A DNA stretch of 64,000 nucleotides from the human T2T-CHM13v2.0 reference genome, Homo sapiens. The notes beneath the pieces are model-generated. The model ran no database searches. It was not told the origin of the DNA and saw only the letters and a program-made list of their open reading frames with translations. Location of the stretch: NCBI RefSeq assembly GCF_009914755.1, contig NC_060925.1, one strand, 5' to 3'. This document shows positions 14,601 to 29,115 of the stretch, one piece after another. A program made the position numbers and the translations under genes. The stretch's first letter is position 1, and the number at the start of each line of letters is the position of its first letter.

Positions 14601-17600
14601 AATGAATGGAATCGTCATAGAATGGAATCGAATGGATTCATTGAATGGAATCAGATGGAATCATCGAATGGACTGGAATGGAATCATTGAATGGACTCGA
14701 AAGGGATCATGATTGAATGGAATTGAATGGAATCATCGAATGGTCTCGATTGGAATCATTATCAAATGGAATCGAATGGAATCACCGAATAGAATCGAAT
14801 GGAACAATCATCGAATGGACTCAAATGGAATTATCCTCAAATGGAATCGAATGGAATTATCTAATGCAATCGAATGGAATTATCGAATGCAATCGAATAG
14901 AATCATCGAATGGACTCGAATGGAATCATCGAATGGAATGGAATGGAACAGTCAATGAACTCGAATGGAATCATCATTGAATGGAATCGAATGGAATCAT
15001 CGAGTGGAATCGAATGGAATTATGATCAAATGGAATCGAATGTAATCATCATCAAATGGAATCAAAAATAACCATCATCAATTGGTATTGAATGGAATTG
15101 TCATCAAATGGAATTCAAAGGAATCATCATCAAATGGAACCGAATGGAATCCTCATTGAATGGAAATGAAAGGGGTCATCATCTCATGGAATCGCATGGA
15201 ATCATCATAAAATGGAATCGAATGGAATCAACATCAAATGGAATCAAATGGAATCATTGAACGGAATTGAATGGAATCGTCATCGAAAGAATTGGATGCA
15301 ATCATCGAATGGTCTCGAATGGAATCTTCTTCAAATGGAATGGAATGGAATCATCGCATAGAATCGAATGGAATTATCATCTAATGGAATCGAATGGAAT
15401 CAACATCAAACGGAAAAAAACGGAATTATCGAATGGAACCGAAGAGAATCATCGAATGGACCCGAATGGAATCATCTAATAGAATGGAATGGAATAATCC
15501 ATGGACTCGAATGCAATCATCATCGAATGGAATCGAATGGAATCATCGAATGGACTCGAATGGAATAATCATTGAACGGAATCGATTGGAATCATCATCG
15601 GATGGAAACGAATTTAATCATCATCGAATGGAAATGAAAGGAGTCATCATCTAATGGAATTGCATGGAATCATCATAAAATGGAATCGAATGGAATCAAC
15701 ATCAAATGGAATCAAATGGAATCATTAAACGGAATTGAATGGAATCGTCATCGAATGAATTGACTGCAATCATCCAATGGTCTCGAATGGAATCATCTTC
15801 AAATGCAATGGAATGGAATCATCGCATAGAAGCGAATGGAATTATCATCGAATGGAATCGAATGGAATCAACATCCAACGGAAAAAAACGGAATTATCGA
15901 ATGGAATCGAAGAGAATCATCGAATGGACCCGAATGGAATCATCTAATGGAATGGAATGGAATAATCCATGGACTCGAATGCAATCATCATCGAATGGAA
16001 TCGAATGGAATCATCGAATGGACTCGAATGGAATAATCATTGAACGGAATCGAATGGAATCATCATCGGATGGAAATGAATGGAATCATCATCGAATGGA
16101 ATCGAATAGAATTATGGAATGAAATCCAGTGTGATCATCATCGAATGGACCCGAATGGAATCATCATCCAACGGAAGCTAATGGAATCAACATCGAATGA
16201 ATCAAATGGAAACACCATCGAATTGAAACGGATGGAATTATCATGAAATTGAAATGGATGGACTCATCATCGAATGGATTCGAAAGGAATCATCGAATAA
16301 AATTGATTGAAATCATCATCGAATGGAATCGAATGGTATCATTGAATGGAATCGAATGGAATCATCATCAGATGGAAATGAATGGAATCGTCATAGAATG
16401 GAATCGAATGGATTCATTGAATGGAATCAGATGGAATCATCGAATGGACTGGAATGGAATCATTGAATGGACTCGAAAGGGATCATGATTGAATGGAATT
16501 GAATGGAATCATCGAATGGTCTCGATTGGAATCATTATCAAATGGAATCGAATGGAATCACCGAATAGAATCGAATGGAACAATCATCGAATGGACTCAA
16601 ATGGAATTATCCTCCAATGGAATCGAATGGAATTATCGAATGCAATCGAATGGAATTATCGAATGCAATCGAATAGAATCATCGAATGGACTCGAATGGA
16701 ATCATCGAATGGAATGGAATGGAACAGTCAATGAACTCGAATGGAATCATCATTGAATGGAATCGAATGGAATCATCGAGTGGAATCGAATGGAATTATG
16801 ATCAAATGGAATCGAATGTAATCATCATCAAATGGAATCAAAAATAACCATCATCAATTGGTATTGAATGGAATTGTCATCAAATGGAATTCAAAGGAAT
16901 CAATATCAAATGGAACCGAATGGAATCCTCATTGAATGGAAATGAAAGGGGTCATCATCTAATGGAATCGCATGGAATCATCATCAAATGGAATCGAATG
17001 GAATCATCATCAAATGGAATCTAATGGAATCATTGAACAGAATTGAATGGAATCGTCATCGAATGAATTGAATGCAATCATCGAATGGTCTCGAATGGAA
17101 TCATCTTCTAATGGAAAGGAATGGAATCATCGCATAGAATCGAATGGAATTATCATCGAATGGAATCGAATGGTATCAACACCAAACGGAAAAAAACGGA
17201 ATTATCGAATGGAATCGAAGAGAATCTTCGAACGGACCCGAATGGAATCATCTAATGGAATGGAATGGAATAATCCATGGACTCGAATGCAATCATCATC
17301 GAATGGAATCGAATGGAATCATCGAATGGACTCGAATGGAATAATCATTGAACGGAATCGAATGGAATCATCATCGGATGGAAACGAATGGAATCATCAT
17401 CGAATGGAAATGAAAGGAGTCATCATCTAATGGAATTGCATGGAATCATCATCAAATGGAATCGAATGGAATCAACATCAAATGGAATCAAATGGAATCA
17501 TTGAACGGAATTGAATGGAATCGTCATCGAATGAATTGACTGCAATCATCGAATGGTCTCGAATGGAATCATCTTCAAATGGAATGGAATGGAATCATCG

Positions 17601-20598
17601 CATAGAATCGAATGGAATTATCATCGAATGGAATCGAATGGAATCAACATCAAACGGAAAAAAACGGAATTATCGAATGGAATCGAAGAGAATCATCGAA
17701 TGGACCCGAATGGAATCATCTAATGGAATGGAATGGAATAATCCATGGACTCGAATGCAATCATCATCGAATGGAATCGAATGGAATCATCGAATGGACT
17801 CGAATGGAATAATCATTGAACGGAATCGAATGGAATCATCATCGGATGGAAATGAATGGAATCATCATCGAATGGAATCGAATAGAATTATGGAATGAAA
17901 TCCAGTGTGATCATCATCGAATGGACCCGAATGGAATCATCATCCAACGGAAGCTAATGGAATCAACATCGAATGAATCGAATGGAAACACCATCGAATT
18001 GAAACGAATGGAATTATCATGAAATTGAAATAGATGGACTCATCATCGAATGGATTCGAATGGAATCATCGAATAAAATTGATTGAAATCATCATCGAAT
18101 GGAATCGAATGGTATCATTGAATGGAATCGAATGGAATCATCATCAGATGGAAATGAATGGAATCGTCATAGAATGGAATCGAATGGATTCATTGAATGG
18201 AATCAGATGGAATCATCGAATGGACTGGAATGGAATCATTGAATGGACTCGAAAGGGATCATGATTGAATGGAATTGAATGGAATCATCGAATGGTCTAG
18301 ATTGGAATCATTATCAAATGGAATCGAATGGAATCACCGAATAGAATCGAATGGAACAATCATCGAATGGACTCAAATGGAATTATCCTCAAATGGAATC
18401 GAATGGAATTATCGAATGCAATCGAATGGAATTTTCGAATGCAATCGAATAGAATCATCGAATGGACTCGAATGGAATCATCGAATGGAATGGAATGGAA
18501 CAGTCAATGAACACGAATGGAATCATCATTGAATGGAATCGAATGGAATCATCGAGTGGAATCGAATTGAATTATGATCAAATGGAATCGAATGTAATCA
18601 TCATCAAATGGAATCAAAAATAACCATCATCAATTGCTATTGAATGGAATTGTCATCAAATGGAATTCAAAGGAATCATCATCAAATGGAAACGAATGGA
18701 ATCCTCATTGAATGGAAATGAAAGGGGTCATCATCTAATGGAATCGCATGGAATCATCATCAAATGGAATCAAATGGAATCATCATCAAATGGAATCTAA
18801 TGGAATCATTGAACAGAATTGAATGGAATCGTCATCAAATGAATTGAATGCAATCATGGAATGGTCTCGAATGGAATCATCTTCTAATGGAAAGGAATGG
18901 AATCATCGCATAGAATCGAATGGAATTATCATCGAATGGAATCGAATGGTATCAACACCAAACGGAAAAAAACGGAATTATCGAATGGAATCGAAGAGAA
19001 TCTTCGAACGGACCCGAATGGAATCATCTAATGGAATGGAATGGAATAATCCATGGACTCGAATGCAATCATCATCGAATGGAATCGAATGGAATCATCG
19101 AATGGACTCGAATGGAATAATCATTGAACGGAATCGAACGGAATCATCATCGGATGGAAACGAATGGAATCATCATCGAATGGAAATGAAAGGAGTCATC
19201 ATCTAATGCAATTGCATGGAATCATCATCAAATGGAATCGAATGGAATCAACATCAAATGGAATCTAATGGAATCATTGAACAGAATTGAATGGAATCGT
19301 CATCGAATGAATTGACTGCAATCATCGAATGGTCTCGAATGGAACCATCTTCAAATGGAATGGAATGGAATCATCGCATAGAATCGAATGGAATTATCAT
19401 CGAATGGAATCGAATGGAATCAACATCAAACGGAAAAAAACAGAATTATCGAATGGAATCGAAGAGAATCATCGCATGGACCCGAATGGAATCATCTAAT
19501 GGAATGGAATGGAATAATCCATGGACTCGAATGCAATCATCATCGAATGGAATCGAATGGAATCATCGAGTGGACTCGAATGGAATAATCATTGAACGGA
19601 ATCGAATGGAATCATCATCGGATGGAAATGAATGGAATCATCATCGAATGGAATCGAATAGAATTATGGAATGAAATCCAGTGTGATCATCATCGAATGG
19701 ACCCGAATGGAATCATCATCCAACGGAAGCTAATGGAATCAACATCGAAAGAATCAAATGGAAACACCATCGAATTGAAACGAATGGAATTATCATGAAA
19801 TTGAAATGGATGGACTCATCATCGAATGGATTCGAATGGAATCATCGAATAAAATTGATTGAAATCATCATCGAATGGAATCGAATGGTATCATTGAATG
19901 GAATCGAATGGAATCATCATCAGATGGAAATGAATGGAATCGTCATAGAATGGAATCGAATGGATTCATTGAATGGAATCAGATGGAATCATCGAATGGA
20001 CTGGAATGGAATCATTGAATGGACTCGAAAGGGATCATGATTGAATGGAATTGAATGGAATCATCGAATGGTCTCGATTGGAATCATTATCAAATGGAAT
20101 CGAATGGAATCACCGAATAGAATCGAATGGAACAATCATCGAATGGACTCAAATGGAATTATCCTCAAATGGAATCGAATGGAATTATCGAATGCAATCG
20201 AATGGAATTATCGAATGCAATCGAATAGAATCATCGAATGGACTCGAATGGAATCATCGAATGGAATGGAATGGAACAGTCAATGAACTCGAATGGAATC
20301 ATCATTGAATGGAATCGAATGGAATCATCGAGTGGAATCGAATGGAATTATGATCAAATGGAATCGAATGTAATCATCATCAAATGGAATCAAAAATAAC
20401 CATCATCAATTGGTATTGAATGGAATTGTCATCAAATGGAATTCAAAGGAATCATCATCAAATGGAACCGAATGGAATCCTCATTGAATGGAAATGAAAG
20501 GGGTCATCATCTAATGGAATCGCATGGAATCATCATCAAATGGAATCGAATGGAATCATCATCAAATGGAATCTAATGGAATCATTGAACAGAATTGA

Positions 20599-23500
20599 AT
20601 GGAATCGTCATCGAATGAATTGAATGCAATCATCGAATGGTCTCGAATGGAATCATCTTCTAATGGAAAGGAATGGAATCATCGCATAGAATCGAATGGA
20701 ATTATCATCGAATGGAATCGAATGGTATCAACACCAAACGGAAAAAAACGGAATTATCGAATGGAATCGAAGAGAATCTTTGAACGGACCCGAATGGAAT
20801 CATCTAATGGAATGGAATGGAATAATCCATGGACTCGAATGCAACCATCATCGAATGGAATCGAATGGAATCATCGAATGGACTCGAATGGAATAATCAT
20901 TGAACGGAATCGAATGGAATCATCATCGGATGGAAACGAATGGAATCATCATCGAATGGAAATGAAAGGAGTCATCATCTAATGGAATTGCATGGAATCA
21001 TCATAAAATGGAGTCGAATGGAATCAACATCAAATCGAATCAAACGGAATCATTGAACGGAATTGAATGGAATCGTCATCGAATGAATTGACTGCAATCA
21101 TCGAATGGTCTCGAATGGAATCATCTTCAAATGGAATGGAATGGAATCATCGCATAGAATCGAATGGAATTATCACCGAATGGAATCGAATGGAATCAAC
21201 ATCAAACGGAAAAAAACGGAATTATCGAATGGAATCGAAGAGAATCATCGAATGGACCCGAATGGAATCATCTAATGGAATGGAATGGAATACTCCATGG
21301 ACTCGAATGCAATCATCATCGAATGGAATCGAATGGAATCATCGAATGAACTCGAATGGAATCATCATTGAATGGAATCGAATGGAATCATCGAGTGGAA
21401 TCGAATGGAATTATGATCAAATGGAATCGAATGTAATCATCATCAAATGGAATCAAAAATAACCATCATCAATTGGTATTGAATGGAATTGTCATCAAAT
21501 GGAATTCAAAGGAATCATCATCAAATGGAACCGAATGGAATCCTCATTGAATGGAAATGAAAGGGGTCATCATCTAATGGAATCGCATGGAATCATCATC
21601 AAATGGAATCGAATGGAATCATCATCAAATGGAATCTAATGGAATCATTGAACAGAATTGAATGGAATCGTCATCGAATGAATTGAATGCAATCATCGAA
21701 TGGTCTCGAATGGAATCATCTTCTAATGGAAAGGAATGGAATCATCGCATAGAATCGAATGGAATTATCATCGAATGGAATCGAATGGTATCAACACCAA
21801 ACGGAAAAAAACGGAATTATCGAATGGAATCGAAGAGAATCTTCGAACGGACCCGAATGGAATCATCTAATGGAATGGAATGGAATAATCCATGGACTCG
21901 AATGCAATCATCATCGAATGGAATCGAATGGAATCATCGAATGGACTCGAATGGAATAATCATTGAACGGAATCGAATGGAATCATCATCGGATGGAAAC
22001 GAATGGAATCATCATCGAATGGAAATGAAAGGAATCATCATCTAATGGAATTGCATGGAATCATCATAAAATGGAATCGAATGGAATCAACATCAAATCG
22101 AATCAAACGGAATCATTGAACGGAATTGAATGGAATCGTCATCGAATGAATTGACTACAATCACCGAATGGTCTCGAATGGAATCATCTTCAAATGGAAT
22201 GGAATGGAATCATCGCATAGAATCGAATGGAATTATCACCGAAAGCAATCGAATGGAATCAACATACAACGGAAAAAAACGGAATTATCGAATGGAATCG
22301 AAGAGAATCATCGAATGGACCCGAATGGAATCATCTAATGGAATGGAATGGAATAATCCATGGACTCGAATGCAATCATCATCGAATGGAATCGAATGGA
22401 ATCATCGAATGGACTCGAATGGAATAATCATTGAACGGAATCGAATGGAATCATCATCGGATGGAAATGAATGGAATCATCATCGAATGGAATCGAATAG
22501 AATTATGGAATGAAATCCAGTGTGATCATCATCGAATGGACCCGAATGGAATCATCATCCAACGGAAGCTAATGGAATCAACAGCGAATGAATCAAATGG
22601 AAACACCATCGAATTGAAACGAATGGAATTATCATGAAATTGAAATGGATGGACTCATCATCGAATGGATTCGAAAGGAATCATCGAATAAAATTGATTG
22701 AAATCATCATCGAATGGAATCGAATGGTATCATTGAATGGAATCGAATGGAATCATCATCAGATGGAAATGAATGGAATCGTCATAGAATGGAATCGAAT
22801 GGATTCATTGAATGGAATCAGATGGAATCATCGAATGGACTGGAATGGAATCATTGAATGGACTCGAAAGGGATCATGATTGAATGGAATTGAATGGAAT
22901 CATCGAATGGTCTCGATTGGAATCATTATCAAATGGAATCGAATGGAATCACCGAATAGAATCGAATGGAACAATCATCGAATGGATTCAAATGGAATTA
23001 TCCTCAAATGGAATCGAATGGAATTATCGAATGCAATCGAATGGAATTATCGAATGCAATCGAATAGAATCATCGAATGGACTCGAATGGAATCATCGAA
23101 TGGAATGGAATGGAACAGTCAATGAACTCGAATGGAATCATCATTGAATGGAATCGAATGGAATCATCGAGTGGAATCGAATGGAATTATGATCAAATGG
23201 AATCGAATGTAATCATCATCAAATGGAATCAAAAATAACCATCATCAATTGGTATTGAATGGAATTGTCATCAAATGGAATTCAAAGGAATCATCATCAA
23301 ATGGAACCGAATGGAATCCTCATTGAATGGAAATGAAAGGGGTCATCATCTAATGGAATCGCATGGAATCATCATCAAATGGAATCGAATGGAATCATCA
23401 TCAAATGGAATCTAATGGAATCATTGAACAGAATTGAATGGAATCGTCATCGAATGAATTGAATGCAATCATCGAATGGTCTCGAATGGAATCATCTTCT

Positions 23501-26500
23501 AATGGAAAGGAATGGAATCATCGCATAGAATCGAATGGAATTATCATCGAATGGAATCGAATGGTATCAACACCAAACGGAAAAAAACGGAATTATCGAA
23601 TGGAATCGAAGAGAATCTTTGAACGGACCCGAATGGAATCATCTAATGGAATGGAATGGAATAATCCATGGACTCGAATGCAATCATCATCGAATGGAAT
23701 CGAATGGAATCATCGAATGGACTCGAATGGAATAATCATTGAACGGAATCGAATGGAATCATCATCGGATGGAAACGAATGGAATCATCATCGAATGGAA
23801 ATGAAAGGAGTCATCATCTAATGGAATTGCATGGAATCATCATAAAATGGAGTCGAATGGAATCAACATCAAATCGAATCAAACGGAATCATTGAACGGA
23901 ATTGAATGGAATCGTCATCGAATGAATTGACTGCAATCATCGAATGGTCTCGAATGGAATCATCTTCAAATGGAATGGAATGGAATCATCGCATAGAATC
24001 GAATGGAATTATCACCGAATGGAATCGAATGGAATCAACATCAAACGGAAAAAAACGGAATTATCGAATGGAATCGAAGAGAATCATCGAATGGACCCGA
24101 ATGGAATCATCTAATGGAATGGAATGGAATACTCCATGGACTCGAATGCAATCATCATCGAATGGAATCGAATGGAATCATCGAATGAACTCGAATGGAA
24201 TCATCATTGAATGGAATCGAATGGAATCATCGAGTGGAATCGAATGGAATTATGATCAAATGGAATCGAATGTAATCATCATCAAATGGAATCAAAAATA
24301 ACCATCATCAATTGGTATTGAATGGAATTGTCATCAAATGGAATTCAAAGGAATCATCATCAAATGGAACCGAATGGAATCCTCATTGAATGGAAATGAA
24401 AGGGGTCATCATCTAATGGAATCGCATGGAATCATCATCAAATGGAATCGAATGGAATCATCATCAAATGGAATCTAATGGAATCATTGAACAGAATTGA
24501 ATGGAATCGTCATCGAATGAATTGAATGCAATCATCGAATGGTCTCGAATGGAATCATCTTCTAATGGAAAGGAATGGAATCATCGCATAGAATCGAATG
24601 GAATTATCATCGAATGGAATCGAATGGTATCAACACCAAACGGAAAAAAACGGAATTATCGAATGGAATCGAAGAGAATCTTCGAACGGACCCGAATGGA
24701 ATCATCTAATGGAATGGAATGGAATAATCCATGGACTCGAATGCAATCATCATCGAATGGAATCGAATGGAATCATCGAATGGACTCGAATGGAATAATC
24801 ATTGAACGGAATCGAATGGAATCATCATCGGATGGAAACGAATGGAATCATCATCGAATGGAAATGAAAGGAATCATCATCTAATGGAATTGCATGGAAT
24901 CATCATAAAATGGAATCGAATGGAATCAACATCAAATCGAATCAAACGGAATCATTGAACGGAATTGAATGGAATCGTCATCGAATGAATTGACTACAAT
25001 CACCGAATGGTCTCGAATGGAATCATCTTCAAATGGAATGGAATGGAATCATCGCATAGAATCGAATGGAATTATCACCGAAAGCAATCGAATGGAATCA
25101 ACATACAACGGAAAAAAACGGAATTATCGAATGGAATCGAAGAGAATCATCGAATGGACCCGAATGGAATCATCTAATGGAATGGAATGGAATAATCCAT
25201 GGACTCGAATGCAATCATCATCGAATGGAATCGAATGGAATCATCGAATGGACTCGAATGGAATAATCATTGAACGGAATAGAATGGAATCATCATCGGA
25301 TGGAAATGAATGGAATCATCATCGAATGGAATCGAATAGAATTATGGAATGAAATCCAGTGTGATCATCATCGAATGGACCCGAATGGAATCATCATCCA
25401 ACGGAAGCTAATGGAATCAACATCGAATGAATCAAATGGAAACACCATCGAATTGAAACGAATGGAATTATCATGAAATTGAAATGGATGGACTCATCAT
25501 CGAATGGATTCGAAAGGAATCATCGAATAAAATTGATTGAAATCATCATCGAATGGAATCGAATGGTATCATTGAATGGAATCGAATGGAATCATCATCA
25601 GATGGAAATGAATGGAATCGTCATAGAATGGAATCGAATGGATTCATTGAATGGAATCAGATGGAATCATCGAATGGACTGGAATGGAATCATTGAATGG
25701 ACTCGAAAGGGATCATGATTGAATGGAATTGAATGGAATCATCGAATGGTCTCGATTGGAATCATTATCAAATGGAATCGAATGGAATCACCGAATAGAA
25801 TCGAATGGAACAATCATCGAATGGACTCAAATGGAATTATCCTCAAATGGAATCGAATGGAATTATCGAATGCAATCGAATGGAATTATCGAATGCAATC
25901 GAATAGAATCATCGAATGGACTCGAATGGAATCATCGAATGGAATGGAATGGAACAGTCAATGAACTCGAATGGAATCATCATTGAATGGAATCGAATGG
26001 AATCATCGAGTGGAATCGAATGGAATTATGATCAAATGGAATCGAATGTAATCATCATCAAATGGAATCAAAAATAACCATCATCAATTGGTATTGAATG
26101 GAATTGTCATCAAATGGAATTCAAAGGAATCATCATCAAATGGAACCGAATGGAATCCTCATTGAATGGAAATGAAAGGGGTCATCATCTAATGGAATCG
26201 CATGGAATCATCATCAAATGGAATCGAATGGAATCATCATCAAATGGAATCTAATGGAATCATTGAACAGAATTGAATGGAATCGTCATCGAATGAATTG
26301 AATGCAATCATCGAATGGTCTCGAATGGAATCATCTTCTAATGGAAAGGAATGGAATCATCGCATAGAATCGAATGGAATTATCATCGAATGGAATCGAA
26401 TGGTATCAACACCAAACGGAAAAAAACGGAATTATCGAATGGAATCGAAGAGAATCTTTGAACGGACCCGAATGGAATCATCTAATGGAATGGAATGGAA

Positions 26501-29115
26501 TAATCCATGGACTCGAATGCAATCATCATCGAATGGAATCGAATGGAATCATCGAATGGACTCGAATGGAATAATCATTGAACGGAATCGAATGGAATCA
26601 TCATCGGATGGAAACGAATGGAATCATCATCGAATGGAAATGAAAGGAGTCATCATCTAATGGAATTGCATGGAATCATCATAAAATGGAGTCGAATGGA
26701 ATCAACATCAAATCGAATCAAACGGAATCATTGAACGGAATTGAATGGAATCGTCATCGAATGAATTGACTGCAATCATCGAATGGTCTCGAATGGAATC
26801 ATCTTCAAATGGAATGGAATGGAATCATCGCATAGAATCGAATGGAATTATCACCGAATGGAATCGAATGGAATCAACATCAAACGGAAAAAAACGGAAT
26901 TATCGAATGGAATCGAAGAGAATCATCGAATGGACCCGAATGGAATCATCTAATGGAATGGAATGGAATACTCCATGGACTCGAATGCAATCATCATCGA
27001 ATGGAATCGAATGGAATCATCGAATGAACTCGAATGGAATCATCATTGAATGGAATCGAATGGAATCATCGAGTGGAATCGAATGGAATTATGATCAAAT
27101 GGAATCGAATGTAATCATCATCAAATGGAATCAAAAATAACCATCATCAATTGGTATTGAATGGAATTGTCATCAAATGGAATTCAAAGGAATCATCATC
27201 AAATGGAACCGAATGGAATCCTCATTGAATGGAAATGAAAGGGGTCATCATCTAATGGAATCGCATGGAATCATCATCAAATGGAATCGAATGGAATCAT
27301 CATCAAATGGAATCTAATGGAATCATTGAACAGAATTGAATGGAATCGTCATCGAATGAATTGAATGCAATCATCGAATGGTCTCGAATGGAATCATCTT
27401 CTAATGGAAAGGAATGGAATCATCGCATAGAATCGAATGGAATTATCATCGAATGGAATCGAATGGTATCAACACCAAACGGAAAAAAACGGAATTATCG
27501 AATGGAATCGAAGAGAATCTTCGAACGGACCCGAATGGAATCATCTAATGGAATGGAATGGAATAATCCATGGACTCGAATGCAATCATCATCGAATGGA
27601 ATCGAATGGAATCATCGAATGGACTCGAATGGAATAATCATTGAACGGAATCGAATGGAATCATCATCGGATGGAAACGAATGGAATCATCATCGAATGG
27701 AAATGAAAGGAATCATCATCTAATGGAATTGCATGGAATCATCATAAAATGGAATCGAATGGAATCAACATCAAATCGAATCAAACGGAATCATTGAACG
27801 GAATTGAATGGAATCGTCATCGAATGAATTGACTACAATCACCGAATGGTCTCGAATGGAATCATCTTCAAATGGAATGGAATGGAATCATCGCATAGAA
27901 TCGAATGGAATTATCACCGAAAGCAATCGAATGGAATCAACATACAACGGAAAAAAACGGAATTATCGAATGGAATCGAAGAGAATCATCGAATGGACCC
28001 GAATGGAATCATCTAATGGAATGGAATGGAATAATCCATGGACTCGAATGCAATCATCATCGAATGGAATCGAATGGAATCATCGAATGGACTCGAATGG
28101 AATAATCATTGAACGGAATAGAATGGAATCATCATCGGATGGAAATGAATGGAATCATCATCGAATGGAATCGAATAGAATTATGGAATGAAATCCAGTG
28201 TGATCATCATCGAATGGACCCGAATGGAATCATCATCCAACGGAAGCTAATGGAATCAACATCGAATGAATCAAATGGAAACACCATCGAATTGAAACGA
28301 ATGGAATTATCATGAAATTGAAATGGATGGACTCATCATCGAATGGATTCGAAAGGAATCATCGAATAAAATTGATTGAAATCATCATCGAATGGAATCG
28401 AATGGTATCATTGAATGGAATCGAATGGAATCATCATCAGATGGAAATGAATGGAATCGTCATAGAATGGAATCGAATGGATTCATTGAATGGAATCAGA
28501 TGGAATCATCGAATGGACTGGAATGGAATCATTGAATGGACTCGAAAGGGATCATGATTGAATGGAATTGAATGGAATCATCGAATGGTCTCGATTGGAA
28601 TCATTATCAAATGGAATCGAATGGAATCACCGAATAGAATCGAATGGAACAATCATCGAATGGACTCAAATGGAATTATCCTCCAATGGAATCGAATGGA
28701 ATTATCGAATGCAATCGAATGGAATTATCGAATGCAATCGAATAGAATCATCGAATGGACTCGAATGGAATCATCGAATGGAATGGAATGGAACAGTCAA
28801 TGAACTCGAATGGAATCATCATTGAATGGAATCGAATGGAATCATCGAGTGGAATCGAATGGAATTATGATCAAATGGAATCGAATGTAATCATCATCAA
28901 ATGGAATCAAAAATAACCATCATCAATTGGTATTGAATGGAATTGTCATCAAATGGAATTCAAAGGAATCAATATCAAATGGAACCGAATGGAATCCTCA
29001 TTGAATGGAAATGAAAGGGGTCATCATCTAATGGAATCGCATGGAATCATCATCAAATGGAATCGAATGGAATCATCATCAAATGGAATCTAATGGAATC
29101 ATTGAACAGAATTGA
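20599..29115 (+). repeat. 2,839-bp higher-order repeat (1,063 + 1,776), three tandem copies, family 1
   Basis: Landmarks at 20599, 21662, 23438, 24501, 26277, 27340, 29116. Shared private variants GGAGTCG, AAATCGAATCAAACGG, TACTCCATGG, GAAAGCAATC and AACATACAAC recur at a 2839 period. Boundaries approximate. Confidence 0.93.

Larger units (their letters stand above)
1..17800 (+). repeat. 8,878-bp higher-order repeat (5 units: 1774 + 4x1776), two near-identical tandem copies
   Basis: Private variants recur at +8878: AACAGAATCG 66/8944, CG deletion GGATTAATGG ~2076/~10954, CATAGTATAG ~3093/~11971, CAAATTTAAT ~4585/~13463, GAAAGAATTGGATG ~6410/~15288, ATCAATATC ~8024/~16902. The left edge lies at or beyond the window start. 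Confidence 0.93.
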
